The notes: a model not told the origin generated them from the letters alone. Shown: positions 39,144-48,933, counted from the first letter of the stretch. The stretch is DNA of 64,000 nt from Hyphomicrobiales bacterium (GCA_965228625.1 OZ245829.1:615137-679136), one strand, 5' to 3'. Translations and numbers: made by a program.

Positions 39144-39706
39144 GCATCACCCTCGCGCAGCCTGATGATGTCCTTGAGCAGTTCGGAGACCGCCTGCAGC
39201 AGCATCAGGAAGACTCCGAAACACATCAGGGTCTTGATCGGCCAGAGATAGGGCCGCCACGCGGTCGGGCTGCGCTCCAGCCGGCCGGCGCTTTCAGAAC
39301 CGGTGATCAACCCGGTGAGATACTGAAACGGTTCATCGCCGAAATGCCCCAGCGAATACGCGGTGGACTCCAGCCCGCCATACAGCAACACGCCGAGATA
39401 GAAGATCAGGAACAGGATCGTGAACGCATCAAACCTGGCCTTCTTGCGCGCCGACCATTGCCCGTAGAAAAGGTCCATCCGCACATTCGATCCGAGTTGC
39501 ATCGAATAGGGACCGCCCATGATGTAATAGGCAACCAGGGCAAACTGCGCGATCTCCAGCGTCCAGAGCGAAGGCAGAAAAAACGTCTTCGAGATCGAAG
39601 ACCACAACAGGATGCCGATCATGACGAAGATCCCGTACATCATGATCCGGCCAACCCTGTAATTCACGGCGTCGACCACGCGAATATATGCACGTGCGAG
39701 TTTCAT
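39140..39706 (-). CDS. dctQ: TRAP transporter small permease
   Basis: 188 aa, 4 TM segments, first gene of the Q-M-P operon. Confidence 0.8.
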   Translation of the reverse strand: MKLARAYIRVVDAVNYRVGRIMMYGIFVMIGILLWSSISKTFFLPSLWTLEIAQFALVAYYIMGGPYSMQLGSNVRMDLFYGQWSARKKARFDAFTILFLIFYLGVLLYGGLESTAYSLGHFGDEPFQYLTGLITGSESAGRLERSPTAWRPYLWPIKTLMCFGVFLMLLQAVSELLKDIIRLREGDA

Positions 39707-39790
39707 GAACGCACGCCCGAGGTTTCAGCATGTCCGCGAATTGTCCGCGACGGTCTTTTCAATTGGCCAGCCCCCATGCACGCCACGAGA

Positions 39791-40273
39791 TCATTCGCCC
39801 GCGCACCGCTCCATATCGGGAGGGTCTTTGTTTTCGCGGACCATCACCCAACGGCAGCTTTCAACAATCAATTCCCCTTCCCGCCCGGGCAGCGCTTCTG
39901 TCATGAAAATGGTATCTGCCGAAAAGCTCAACCCGTCCTTCGTCGGCAGGGCCGGCAGGATGCGGACCGCCTCCTCATAGTCGAAATCGGGCCTGCACGC
40001 GGTCACGTACCCGGACACGCGGCCGTCCGCGATTGCCGCCTTGCCCGTGTACAGCGAGGGTCTGCGCCGCTTGAGAGCCTCGTCTTTTGCCGTCCATGTT
40101 GCGATGTCAAGGCGATCGCCGTCCTGCAGGACCCGAATGTTCAGGCGCAACTGGAATGCCCCGGGCCGGCCGTCATCGGTGCGGTCACAGGCGACGACGC
40201 CGCTGTAGGAGCCGGTCAGATTGGCCTCTTCGCTGTATGCCGGGGTCGCCAAAAGGAGCAGTGTGGCGAGCAT
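39791..40273 (-). CDS. secreted hypothetical protein
   Basis: Start at MLATLLLLATPAYS (ATG 40273-40271). No family recognised. Confidence 0.45.
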   Translation of the reverse strand: MLATLLLLATPAYSEEANLTGSYSGVVACDRTDDGRPGAFQLRLNIRVLQDGDRLDIATWTAKDEALKRRRPSLYTGKAAIADGRVSGYVTACRPDFDYEEAVRILPALPTKDGLSFSADTIFMTEALPGREGELIVESCRWVMVRENKDPPDMERCAGE

Positions 40274-40292
40274 GCATACATTTCGAGGCACC

Positions 40293-41030
40293 TTATCGGC
40301 TTTCCATCTGCGCGTAGTGCTTGGAGAAACCGGCAAGTGGCAGCGGCACAGCAATATCTTTCTTCTGAAGGTTCTGGAAAACCGCCTTGAGCTGGTTGCC
40401 TTTTTTCATGCCCGCGAGCATTTCGTTCGAAAGTGGCCCACTGGCGAAACAACCGCTCTGATTGCAGGTCTGCAGCACCATGGCTTGCGCCTTTTGATCG
40501 TCGATCTGCAGCCGGACCCCCGCAGGAAGGAACAGGCCGAACGGCGTCTGCACGAGGAGCGAGGGCTTCTTGGTGTTTGCCGGCAAGGTCACGGTCACCC
40601 TGAGCAACAGCTTGCGGTTCTGTTTCAGCACGACGGCGCGGGACATCTGACAGTTGAAACCGCCTCCACCAGCCGCATTCTGACACTGGATGTTCCAGTC
40701 CGACCCCTGAGCAGGGGGTGCGGCCTGTGCTGTCTTCGGTTGGGCGGTTTGTGCCGGGGCCGGATTGGCGCCTGGCGCGACGGCGGGCTTGCGGTTCGGA
40801 GCGGGTGCCGGCGCACGCTGTTGCTGGGCCGGCACGGGTGCCGGAGCACGCTGCTGCTGCTCCGGCGCAGGTGTCTCACCTGGACTGGTGAACCAGTTCG
40901 TCCACTGCGCCGATACCGGTGTTCCGCTTCCGGAAAGGATCATGGCGGCGAGAAAGCCGGCCAGCACGCACACGGCTTTTTGAATCTCGGCGGTTTTTCC
41001 GCTCTTCTCAGACGTTTTCACGATGCTCAT
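40293..41030 (-). CDS. invasion-associated locus B (IalB) family protein
   Basis: Start at MSIVKTSEK. Signal/TM segment, Pro/Gln-rich linker with a 33-bp tandem duplication, then the IalB-like domain (WNIQC...LQTCNQSGCFA). Confidence 0.7.
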   Translation of the reverse strand: MSIVKTSEKSGKTAEIQKAVCVLAGFLAAMILSGSGTPVSAQWTNWFTSPGETPAPEQQQRAPAPVPAQQQRAPAPAPNRKPAVAPGANPAPAQTAQPKTAQAAPPAQGSDWNIQCQNAAGGGGFNCQMSRAVVLKQNRKLLLRVTVTLPANTKKPSLLVQTPFGLFLPAGVRLQIDDQKAQAMVLQTCNQSGCFASGPLSNEMLAGMKKGNQLKAVFQNLQKKDIAVPLPLAGFSKHYAQMESR

Positions 41031-41092
41031 AACCCCGCACGAAGTTCTCATCGACCAGAATTTCGATATTCAGATAAAGGCCCCACCGCACA

Positions 41093-41791
41093 TCAGGTCG
41101 GCTGGCGGGCGCGCTGACCGAATAGCACGGATTTGGCGTCCTTGTCCTTGCGCAAATCCCATTTGGCCCGTTCATCCTTGCCGATCTCCACGGCCCGCGC
41201 CACGGCGGGACGGTCGTGAATGCGCACGTACCACTCTTCGAGATAGGCGAAATCCTTCAGGTCCTGACCCTGGCGCTTATAGGGGCGGACCCATGGATAG
41301 GCCGCCATATCGGCGATCGAATAGTCGCCCGCGAGATAGTCGTTATCCTTGAGCTGGATGTTCATGACGCCATAGAGCCGGTTCACCTCGTCCGTATAAC
41401 GGTTGACGGCGTATTCGTGCTGCTCATCCGCATATTGGCGAAAATGGTGTGCCTGTCCGGCCATCGGACCAAGGCCCGCCATTTGCCAGAACAGCCACTG
41501 CTCGACATTGACGCGGGCACGCTCCTCCTGCGGATAGAACTGACCGGTCTTGCGTCCGAGATACTGAAGAATCGCGCCGGACTCGAAGATCGCAATGGGC
41601 TCGCCACCGGGACCGTCGTGATCGACGATCGCCGGCATGCGGTTGTTCGGGGCGATCTCCAGGAAGTCATCCTCGAACTGATCGCCACGCCCGATATTGA
41701 TGTATTTGACGTTGTAGGGAAGGCCCGTCTCCTCCAGGAAAATAGTGATCTTGAAGCCATTCGGAGTCGGCCAGAAATACAGGTCAATCAT
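41093..41791 (-). CDS. Nu-class glutathione S-transferase (YfcG/YghU-like)
   Basis: MIDLYFWPTPNGFKITIFLEE...NRMPAIVD...FESGAILQYL. Confidence 0.85.
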   Translation of the reverse strand: MIDLYFWPTPNGFKITIFLEETGLPYNVKYINIGRGDQFEDDFLEIAPNNRMPAIVDHDGPGGEPIAIFESGAILQYLGRKTGQFYPQEERARVNVEQWLFWQMAGLGPMAGQAHHFRQYADEQHEYAVNRYTDEVNRLYGVMNIQLKDNDYLAGDYSIADMAAYPWVRPYKRQGQDLKDFAYLEEWYVRIHDRPAVARAVEIGKDERAKWDLRKDKDAKSVLFGQRARQPT

Positions 41792-41860
41792 TCGTTTGGA
41801 TCCTACATCTGAGAGAGTGATTCAGCTCTGGCGGCATCGCCCTTCGAGGCGTGCCAACGC

Positions 41861-42835
41861 CTAAGGCAGCAGCACGGTCGAGCCCGTGGTCTTGCGGCCC
41901 TCCAGATCAATGTGCGCCTGGGTAGCCTCGGCCAGCGGATAGGTCTGGTTGATCTCGATCTTGACATCGCCCGATTTCACCACGTCGAACAGGGCGCCCG
42001 AGAGCTCTTCGAGGTCGGCGCGGTCGGCAATGTGGGTGAAGAGCGTTGGGCGGGTCGCGTAGAGCGATCCCTTCTGCGCCAGAAGCCCCATATTGATGTC
42101 GGGCAGCGGGCCCGAAGCCTGGCCGAACGTGGCCCAAAGGCCGAACTTCTTCAGGCAATCCAGGGACGCCGGAAACGTGTCCTTGCCGATGGAATCGTAG
42201 ACCACGTCGCAGCCCTTGCCGTCGGTCAATTCCCTGACACGCTCCACGAAGTCTTCCTCCTGGTAGTTGATCGTGTGCGTGCACCCGAGCGACTGGGCGA
42301 GTTCGGCCTTTTCGGCGGAGCCGACGGTGCCGATCATCGTCGCGCCGAGCTTCTTCGCCCATTGACAGACGATCAACCCGACGCCGCCCGCGGCCGCGTG
42401 AAACAGAAACGTCGTGTCCGACGTCACCTTGTAGGTCCGCAACAACAGATAAGCCGCGGTCATGCCCTTGAGCATCATCGCCGCACCGGTCTGGTCCTCG
42501 ATTCCGTCAGGAAGCACGACCAGCCTGTCGGCGGGTACAATCCGGTCTTCCGCGTAAGACCCAATCGCGCCGCAATAGGCGACCCGGTCACCCGGCTTGA
42601 CGTGGGCGACGCCCTCGCCGACCGCAACGACCTCGCCCGCGCCTTCCATTCCCGGCGTGAACGGCATCTTCTCCTGGGGATAGGTTCCGGTGCGGAAATA
42701 GACGTCGATGTAATTCAGCCCGACGCCGGTCTGTTTGAGGCGGGCCTCGCCCGGTCCCGGGTCGCCGATCTCGACCTCCTCCCACTTCATGACCTCGGGG
42801 CCACCGGTCTCATGGATCTGAATTGCATGCGTCAT
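41861..42835 (-). CDS. qor: NADPH:quinone oxidoreductase (zeta-crystallin type MDR)
   Basis: Start at MTHAIQIHETGGPEVM. NYIDVYFRTGTYP, AAGGVG cofactor motif. Confidence 0.85.
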   Translation of the reverse strand: MTHAIQIHETGGPEVMKWEEVEIGDPGPGEARLKQTGVGLNYIDVYFRTGTYPQEKMPFTPGMEGAGEVVAVGEGVAHVKPGDRVAYCGAIGSYAEDRIVPADRLVVLPDGIEDQTGAAMMLKGMTAAYLLLRTYKVTSDTTFLFHAAAGGVGLIVCQWAKKLGATMIGTVGSAEKAELAQSLGCTHTINYQEEDFVERVRELTDGKGCDVVYDSIGKDTFPASLDCLKKFGLWATFGQASGPLPDINMGLLAQKGSLYATRPTLFTHIADRADLEELSGALFDVVKSGDVKIEINQTYPLAEATQAHIDLEGRKTTGSTVLLP

Positions 42836-43030
42836 GGTACGAACACCCTCTTTTTGAACTCGATTTGCCGTCGACATTAGCAGCATTGGCCGCATTGCGC
42901 GCTAGCCCCGTTCGTGTGTCATGCGAAAAACTGCTTTATCCGGCACGGTCCCAGCTTCGCAAGAAGCGGGTGGCGTTTTGCCTCATCGCGCAGTACCCGT
43001 TGTCGGTCTGGTCATGATCGGGAGGAACAC

Positions 43031-43921
43031 GTGGGACTGGCCGACTGGCTCCGGATATCGCTGCTGTCGCTGCTGTGGGGCAGCGCCTTCTTCTATATCG
43101 AGATCGCGCTGCAGTTCTCGGGACCGCTGACCATCGTACTGGCCCGCGTCGGCCTCGCCGCGGCCGCACTGATGATCTATTGCGCAATACGCGGTATCCC
43201 GATCATGCTCGACGCGCGGGAACTTCGCGAACTCGCCGTCCTGGCCGTGCTCGCCTGCGTTCTGCCATTTACGCTGATTGCAGCCGGTCAGGTCCAGATT
43301 ACCAGCGGGCTGACCGCCATCCTGATCGCCTCGACCCCGCTGTTCACCGTGCTGCTCGGTCATCTTTGGGGCCGCATGGAACCGGCGACACCGGCGAAGC
43401 TCGGCGGCGTCCTGACCGGTATGCTCGGTGTCGCCGTGCTGATGGGCGCTGACGCTCTGTCAGGGCTTTCGGGAACTATTCTCGGCCAGTTGGCGGTGCT
43501 CGCGTCAGCATTGATCTATGCGATCTCGGCGCTCTATGCGCGGCGCCTGCGGCAGATGCGGCCCGCCCGCATTTCCGCATGGATGCTGACATTGTCCGCG
43601 CTGATCCTTGCGCCGTTCGCCTTTTTGTTCGAAAGCCCGTTCGTTCCCCTGCCCGAACCGTCCGGACTTGCCGCGCTCGCCGCCCTCGCCCTGCTCTCGA
43701 CGGCGCTCGCCTTCCTGCTCTATTTCCGCGTGCTGGCCAGTGCAGGCGCCACGAACGCGATGCTGGTGACGTTCGTGCAGCCGCCGGTGGCCATATTGCT
43801 GGGTGTGCTGTTCCTGCAGGAAAGCTTCGAACCGCATCATCTCGCCGGGATGATGCTGATCTTCATCGGCCTGGCACTGGTGGACGGAAGGGTACTCCGT
43901 TTCGTCGGCAAACGGGCGTGA
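43031..43921 (+). CDS. DMT family transporter (EamA)
   Basis: GTG 43031 with SD GGGAGGA. 10 TM segments, two EamA halves. Confidence 0.8.
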   Translation: MGLADWLRISLLSLLWGSAFFYIEIALQFSGPLTIVLARVGLAAAALMIYCAIRGIPIMLDARELRELAVLAVLACVLPFTLIAAGQVQITSGLTAILIASTPLFTVLLGHLWGRMEPATPAKLGGVLTGMLGVAVLMGADALSGLSGTILGQLAVLASALIYAISALYARRLRQMRPARISAWMLTLSALILAPFAFLFESPFVPLPEPSGLAALAALALLSTALAFLLYFRVLASAGATNAMLVTFVQPPVAILLGVLFLQESFEPHHLAGMMLIFIGLALVDGRVLRFVGKRA

Positions 43922-43928
43922 GCGCCAA

Positions 43929-45410
43929 TCAACCCTCGCCCACGTCCAGTTTCTCCCGAAGCATCTGATTGACCATCTGCGGATTGGCCTTGCCGCCGGT
44001 CTTCTGCATCACCTGACCGACGAACCAGCCCAGCGTTTGCGGCTTGGATTTGACCTGCTCGACCTGTTTCGGGTTGGCGGCGATGACCTCGTCCACCACC
44101 TTTTCGATCTCGCCGGTGTCCGTGACCTGTTTGAGGCCCTTTTCCTCGACGAGCTTTTCCGGATCGCCGCCGGTCTCCCATACGAGGTCATAGAGATCCT
44201 TGGCAATCTTGCCGGAGATGGTTCCGTCGGCCGTCATTTTCAGGATCGCGGTGTTCGCCTCGGCGGACACCGGCGCACTCGCGAAGTCGATGCCTTCCTT
44301 GTTGATGCGGCCGAGATGCTGGTTCAGCACCCAGTTCACCGCCGCACCCGGATCGGCACCCAGCCGGACCATGTCCTCGAAATAGTCCGCCCGCTCCTTC
44401 TCCGCGACCAGAACCTCCGCATCGTAGTGCTGCAGGTTCCACTCCTTCATGAACCGAGCCTTCTTCTGGTCCGGCAGCTCCGGCAGATGCGCGGCAAGCT
44501 CGTCGACATAGCCTTGCGTGAACTCGAGCGGCAAAAGGTCGGGATCGGGGAAATAGCGATAGTCGTGTGCCTCTTCCTTGGTGCGCATGGACCGGGTCTC
44601 GCCGGTCCTGGGATCGAACAGGCGGGTCTCCTGCACGATTTCGCCACCGTCCTCGATGATCTCGATCTGCCGGCGTGCCTCATACTCGATGGCCTGGCCG
44701 ATGAAGCGGATGGAATTGACGTTCTTGATCTCGCAGCGCGTGCCGAGCTCCTCGCCGGGGCGGCGCACCGACACGTTCACGTCGGCCCGCAGCGAGCCTT
44801 CTTCCATGTTCCCGTCACACGTGCCGAGGTAGCGCAGGATCGACCGCAACTTGGAGACATAGGCCTGTGCCTGCGCCGAGGACCGGATGTCAGGCTTGGA
44901 CACGATCTCCATCAACGCCACGCCGGACCGGTTGAGATCGACATAGGACGAGTTCGGGTCCTGATCGTGCAGGCTCTTGCCGGCATCCTGTTCCAGGTGC
45001 AGCCGTTCGATGCCGACGCGGACCTCCTCGCCGTCCTCCATGTCGAGCGCAACCTCGCCCTCGCCGACGATCGGCTGGGTGAACTGCGAAATCTGATAGC
45101 CCTGCGGCAGGTCGGGATAGAAATAGTTCTTCCGGTCGAACACCGAGCGCAGGTTGATCTTCGCGTTGAGCCCGAGCCCGGTACGGATCGCCTGCGCGAC
45201 GCATTCCCCGTTGATGACCGGCAACATGCCGGGCATGGCGGCATCCACGAGACTGACCTGGGCATTCGGCTCGCCGCCAAACTCGGTCGACGCGCCGGAA
45301 AACAGCTTCGCATTCGAGGTCACCTGCGCATGGACCTCCATGCCGATGACCATCTCCCAGTCGCCGGTCGAGGAATTGATCAGGTGCGCCGGCACACTGT
45401 CATTTGCCAT
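43929..45410 (-). CDS. gatB: Asp-tRNA(Asn)/Glu-tRNA(Gln) amidotransferase subunit B
   Basis: Start at [18 protein letters not shown]..., [15 protein letters not shown]-terminal YqeY-like tail. Confidence 0.95.
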   Translation of the reverse strand: MANDSVPAHLINSSTGDWEMVIGMEVHAQVTSNAKLFSGASTEFGGEPNAQVSLVDAAMPGMLPVINGECVAQAIRTGLGLNAKINLRSVFDRKNYFYPDLPQGYQISQFTQPIVGEGEVALDMEDGEEVRVGIERLHLEQDAGKSLHDQDPNSSYVDLNRSGVALMEIVSKPDIRSSAQAQAYVSKLRSILRYLGTCDGNMEEGSLRADVNVSVRRPGEELGTRCEIKNVNSIRFIGQAIEYEARRQIEIIEDGGEIVQETRLFDPRTGETRSMRTKEEAHDYRYFPDPDLLPLEFTQGYVDELAAHLPELPDQKKARFMKEWNLQHYDAEVLVAEKERADYFEDMVRLGADPGAAVNWVLNQHLGRINKEGIDFASAPVSAEANTAILKMTADGTISGKIAKDLYDLVWETGGDPEKLVEEKGLKQVTDTGEIEKVVDEVIAANPKQVEQVKSKPQTLGWFVGQVMQKTGGKANPQMVNQMLREKLDVGEG

Positions 45411-45711
45411 CGGTGGCCTCACGCAACTTTTCTTCCTCGTACTGGATGAACCAGCCGATCATCTGCCGCCAAAGCGCCTCCGCAAGCTCCGGCGGAAGGC
45501 CCTTCTCTTCCGCCTGGGCGCGCACCTTGTCGACGACCTGCTGGATGCGCCACGGCACGACCGCGTCTTCCGGGTTGTTTTTGAGTTGCCATGCCCGGTC
45601 GACATAGCCGAAGCGCTCGGCGATCAGCTCGACAAGTATCCGGTCGAGCCGGTCGATCTCGACGCGAACATGATCCATGCTTTCACATTCTTCCGGTTTG
45701 CGCGGTGCCAT
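45400..45711 (-). CDS. chorismate mutase (AroQ class, about 100 aa)
   Basis: Start at [28 protein letters not shown] helix-1 signature. 3' end overlaps the gatB start by 11 nt. Confidence 0.65.
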   Translation of the reverse strand: MAPRKPEECESMDHVRVEIDRLDRILVELIAERFGYVDRAWQLKNNPEDAVVPWRIQQVVDKVRAQAEEKGLPPELAEALWRQMIGWFIQYEEEKLREATDGK

Positions 45712-45727
45712 AACTCCAGTTTCCCCT

Positions 45728-46162
45728 CTAGTCCGTTGGCGCCCAGGCGTTCTGCCAGCTTTCATCGGTCTCGACGATCAGCGCGTCCGCCTCGATCTCG
45801 ATCACCCAGTCGGGATCGAGCAGTCCCGACACTTCCACCATGGTGGCCGCCGGGCGAATGTCGCCGAACACTTCGCCGTGCGCGCGGCCAACTTCCTCCC
45901 AAAGCGAGGCGTCCGTCAGGAACATGCGTGTGCGTACGACATGTTTGAGGTCGGCGCCCGCTTCGCGCAGCGCCGCGGCAATGACCTCCAGACACCGGCG
46001 CGTCTGTGCGCCCGCATCGCCGACGCCGACAGTCTTGCCGTCCTGCCCGATGGGTGCCGACCCGCTCACGAACACCATGTTGCCGACGCGCACCGCGCGT
46101 GAAAACCCGATCGGTTTCTCAAATGGGCTTCCGGAGGAAACCAGTTGACGATCCGCACTCAT
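45728..46162 (-). CDS. RidA/YjgF family protein
   Basis: Start at MSADRQL. ATG overlaps the gatA stop (ATGA). ...FVSG....G...GD...Q...CL.....L pattern. Confidence 0.8.
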   Translation of the reverse strand: MSADRQLVSSGSPFEKPIGFSRAVRVGNMVFVSGSAPIGQDGKTVGVGDAGAQTRRCLEVIAAALREAGADLKHVVRTRMFLTDASLWEEVGRAHGEVFGDIRPAATMVEVSGLLDPDWVIEIEADALIVETDESWQNAWAPTD

Positions 46163-47643
46163 GACTTGCTCCACCAGTTTTCCGGCTCGGGCAGCTTTCC
46201 GGCGGCCTGCTCGATCACATGCCCCACGCGGAACAGCATCTCCTCGTCAAATGCCCTGGCGATGAGCTGCAACCCGAGTGGCGTGCCTTCCCCGGACAGC
46301 CCGCCGGGGATCGAGATGCCCGGCAGGCCGGACATATTCGCTGGCACGGTGAAGATGTCGTTCAGGTACATCTCGATCGGATCGCCCGACTTCTCGCCGA
46401 GTGCGAATGCCGGTCCCGGCGTCGCCGGCGTGAGCAACACGTCGACATCCGCAAACGCATCCTCGAAGTCCCGCTTGATCAGCGTGCGCACCCGCTGCGC
46501 CTTGAGATAATAGGCATCGTAGTAGCCGGCGGACAGCACATAGGTGCCGATCAGAACGCGCCGTTTGACCTCCGCGCCGAATCCGGCGGCGCGCGTCTCT
46601 TCATACATGTCGATGATATCAGCGCCCTCGACGCGCAGGCCGTAGCGCACGCCGTCATAACGCGCCAGGTTCGAGGAAGCTTCCGCCGGCGCGACGATGT
46701 AGTAGGCGGGCAGCGCGTACTTGGTATGCGGCAGGCTGACATCCATGATTTCGGCGCCTGCGTCCTTGAGCCAGTCGATGCCGGTGCGCCACAGCGCCTC
46801 GATCTCTTCCGGCATGCCCTCCATACGGTATTCCTTCGGGATGCCCACCTTCAGGCCCTTGATACTCTGTCCGACCGCCGCTTCATAGTCGGGAACGGGC
46901 ACGTTGACGCTGGTCGTATCCTTTTGGTCGTAACCGGCCATGGCGCCAAGCATGATCGCGGAGTCGCGCACCGTCCGCGTGATCGGGCCGGCCTGGTCGA
47001 GCGAGGAGGCAAAGGCGACGATGCCCCAGCGCGAGCAGCGCCCATAAGTCGGCTTGAGGCCGACCGTGCCGGTGAGCGAAGCCGGCTGGCGGATCGAACC
47101 GCCGGTATCCGTCGCCGTGGCGCCCTGAGCCAGACAGCCCGCCACCGCGCTCGCCGAGCCGCCGGACGAGCCGCCGGGCACCAGCTTCGCGTCGCTTCCC
47201 GCGCGCCGCCACGGATTGATGACCGGGTCGTAGTAACTCGTCTCGTTGGAGGACCCCATGGCGAACTCGTCGCAATTGAGCTTACCGAGCATCACGGCGC
47301 CGGCGTTCCAAAGATTCTGCGTGACGGTCGATTCATAGCCCGGTTCGAACCCGTCGAGAATGTGCGAACACGCGGTGGTGCGAACGCCCTTCGTGCAGAA
47401 CAGGTCCTTGATGCCGAGCGGGATGCCCTCCAGAGGTCCCACCTCCCCGTTGGCGAGCCTTTGATCGCTTGCGCCCGCCATATCGAGCGCGCGATCAGGC
47501 GTCGGCAGAATGTACGCGTTCAGCGCCGCATTGCCGCTCTCGATCGCTTTGATATGCGCCTGTGTCAGCTCCACGGCGGACAATTTCTTCGCCGCCAGCG
47601 CCTCGCGTGTTTCGGCTATGGACAGACGCGTGGGATCGCTCAC
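46159..47643 (-). CDS. gatA: Asp-tRNA(Asn)/Glu-tRNA(Gln) amidotransferase subunit A
   Basis: GTG 47643, 4 nt after the gatC stop. Amidase signature GGSSGGSA. Confidence 0.95.
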   Translation of the reverse strand: MSDPTRLSIAETREALAAKKLSAVELTQAHIKAIESGNAALNAYILPTPDRALDMAGASDQRLANGEVGPLEGIPLGIKDLFCTKGVRTTACSHILDGFEPGYESTVTQNLWNAGAVMLGKLNCDEFAMGSSNETSYYDPVINPWRRAGSDAKLVPGGSSGGSASAVAGCLAQGATATDTGGSIRQPASLTGTVGLKPTYGRCSRWGIVAFASSLDQAGPITRTVRDSAIMLGAMAGYDQKDTTSVNVPVPDYEAAVGQSIKGLKVGIPKEYRMEGMPEEIEALWRTGIDWLKDAGAEIMDVSLPHTKYALPAYYIVAPAEASSNLARYDGVRYGLRVEGADIIDMYEETRAAGFGAEVKRRVLIGTYVLSAGYYDAYYLKAQRVRTLIKRDFEDAFADVDVLLTPATPGPAFALGEKSGDPIEMYLNDIFTVPANMSGLPGISIPGGLSGEGTPLGLQLIARAFDEEMLFRVGHVIEQAAGKLPEPENWWSKS

Positions 47644-47647
47644 CGCT

Positions 47648-47935
47648 TCACTCCACGACCTTCGGCACGACGAAGAAGGTGCCTTTGTGCTCCGGGGCGT
47701 TTCTGACAATTTCCTGCGGATACCCGCCGTCCGTCACCTCGTCGGTGCGCATGTGCATCTGCATTTCCGTGACGCAGGTCATCGGCTCGACACCATTGGT
47801 ATCGACTTCATTCAGTTGCTCGACCCAATCGAGGATGCCGGTGAGTTCGCCCTTGAGCGTGTTCGCCTCCGCATCGTCGACCTTGATGCGGGCGAGCCGG
47901 GCGATTTTGCGCACCGTCGCGTCGTCAATCTCCAT
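47648..47935 (-). CDS. gatC: Asp-tRNA(Asn)/Glu-tRNA(Gln) amidotransferase subunit C
   Basis: Start at [17 protein letters not shown], 95 aa. Confidence 0.9.
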   Translation of the reverse strand: MEIDDATVRKIARLARIKVDDAEANTLKGELTGILDWVEQLNEVDTNGVEPMTCVTEMQMHMRTDEVTDGGYPQEIVRNAPEHKGTFFVVPKVVE

Positions 47936-48028
47936 GAAGTCGCCTTCACTCTTGAATGTCGGTTGTCGAGGGTGCACTCATAGCTCGCGCGATACCCCTG
48001 CGCAACACGGCTGATAAGAGAACGGGAC

Positions 48029-48511
48029 ATGGCCGAATTAAGCGATGCCAACAAGCGGTTCGTCGACGGCGCGAAGACGTGCGGCATCGACGTCGAAATC
48101 CGTGTCATGGCGGACAGCACGCGCACTGCCGAGGATGCGGCGCGGGCGTGTGGCTGCACCGTCGAACGGATCGTCAAGTCACTGGTCTTCCAGGGCAGAC
48201 AGACAGGCAAACCGTACCTTCTTCTCGTGTCGGGCCCCAACCGTGTGAACGAGCAAGGCGTCGCGGCGATCATCGGCGAGGAACTCCGGAGGCCCGACGC
48301 GGATTTCGTGCGGGAGACGACCGGCTATTCCATCGGCGGCATCCCGCCCCTCGCCCACAAGACGCCGCTTGCGACCTATATGGACGGCGACCTGCTGACC
48401 CACGAAACGGTCTGGGCGGCGGCCGGCACGCCGAAGGCGGTGTTCGAGGTTGCCCCCGAAACCCTCCGCGACGCCGCCGGCGCGGAGGTCATTGTCGTAA
48501 CGGGTAGCTGA
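48029..48511 (+). CDS. YbaK/EbsC family aminoacyl-tRNA deacylase-like protein
   Basis: ...IVKSLVF... and GYSIGGIPP motifs, 160 aa. Confidence 0.8.
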   Translation: MAELSDANKRFVDGAKTCGIDVEIRVMADSTRTAEDAARACGCTVERIVKSLVFQGRQTGKPYLLLVSGPNRVNEQGVAAIIGEELRRPDADFVRETTGYSIGGIPPLAHKTPLATYMDGDLLTHETVWAAAGTPKAVFEVAPETLRDAAGAEVIVVTGS

Positions 48512-48525
48512 CGGCCGCGCCCTGC

Positions 48526-48565
48526 AAAAGGTGAAGAGCCGCTCACCCGTGAGGGTGAACGGCTC
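48526..48565 (-). terminator. rho-independent-type terminator of cassette A (minus strand)
   Basis: 13-bp stem 48536-48548/48553-48565. The one non-Watson-Crick position is G-U only in the minus-strand RNA. The U-rich tail corresponds to plus AAAAGGTGAA. Confidence 0.55.
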
Positions 48566-48668
48566 GACGACTCTATGAAGTGCGTCAGATTTTGGAGGGC
48601 GGGACGGACCGTACGATTTCGAAGCAAACGGCCCGCCTCGACCTCCCAATGCAATCCGTAAGGACTGC

Positions 48669-48788
48669 TTAGTTACCGACCAGCGACTGGATGTACCAGA
48701 ACTTGTCCGCCTTGCTCAGGGCATATGCGGCATTGGTCATGACAAACGCGGAAGCGGCCAACGTGAGAGCTGTGAGGGTGGTCTTCAT
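48669..48788 (-). CDS. 39-aa secreted mini-protein, copy A (MKTTLTALTLAASAFVMTNAAYA/LSKADKFWYIQSLVGN)
   Basis: Below the ORF-track cutoff, translated codon by codon. SD GAAGGAG 8 nt upstream, Sec-type signal peptide with A-x-A site, TAA stop. Confidence 0.6.
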   Translation of the reverse strand: MKTTLTALTLAASAFVMTNAAYALSKADKFWYIQSLVGN

Positions 48789-48933
48789 GAGATGTACTCC
48801 TTCGATCTTTTCCATTCACATTCACATCACCGGCTCTAGGCGGTTGGGAGGAAGCCCGCCGGCGTGCCCTAACATTTGGGAAGGGCCGGCACGGAAAGAA
48901 GGACATCTCGCGGGCGTGTCATAATTGTTGTCC
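48789..48933 (-). promoter_or_regulatory. 145-nt structured 5' leader of mini-protein gene A (SD-sequestering helix plus two CU-rich-loop hairpins)
   Basis: Identical in both copies. GAGAUGUCCUUC (plus 48898-48909) is complementary to GAAGG-AGU-ACAUCUC (plus 48789-48803), which covers the SD and spacer. Internal hairpins are CGUGCC/GGCACG and GGCGG/CCGCC. Confidence 0.4.

Noticed and set aside
37857-39251. 464-aa plus-strand ORF over dctM/dctQ, plus 44037-45449 and 46219-47706 over gatB/gatA, 52942-54075 and 54322-55338 over the dapA-like and DMFase-like genes, and 62143-63231 over lysR
   Set aside because: These are shadow ORFs opposite unambiguous genes. Their compositions are dominated by R/H/D/G runs.
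48673-48906. 77-aa (48673-48906) and 123-aa (52144-52515) minus-strand ORFs, and the plus-strand ORFs 48691-48924 and 52282-52533, over the repeat core
   Set aside because: They have no SD and an Arg/Pro-rich, implausible sequence. They read through the structured leader. The 39-aa ORF in another frame has a strong SD and a signal peptide, and it explains the conservation better.
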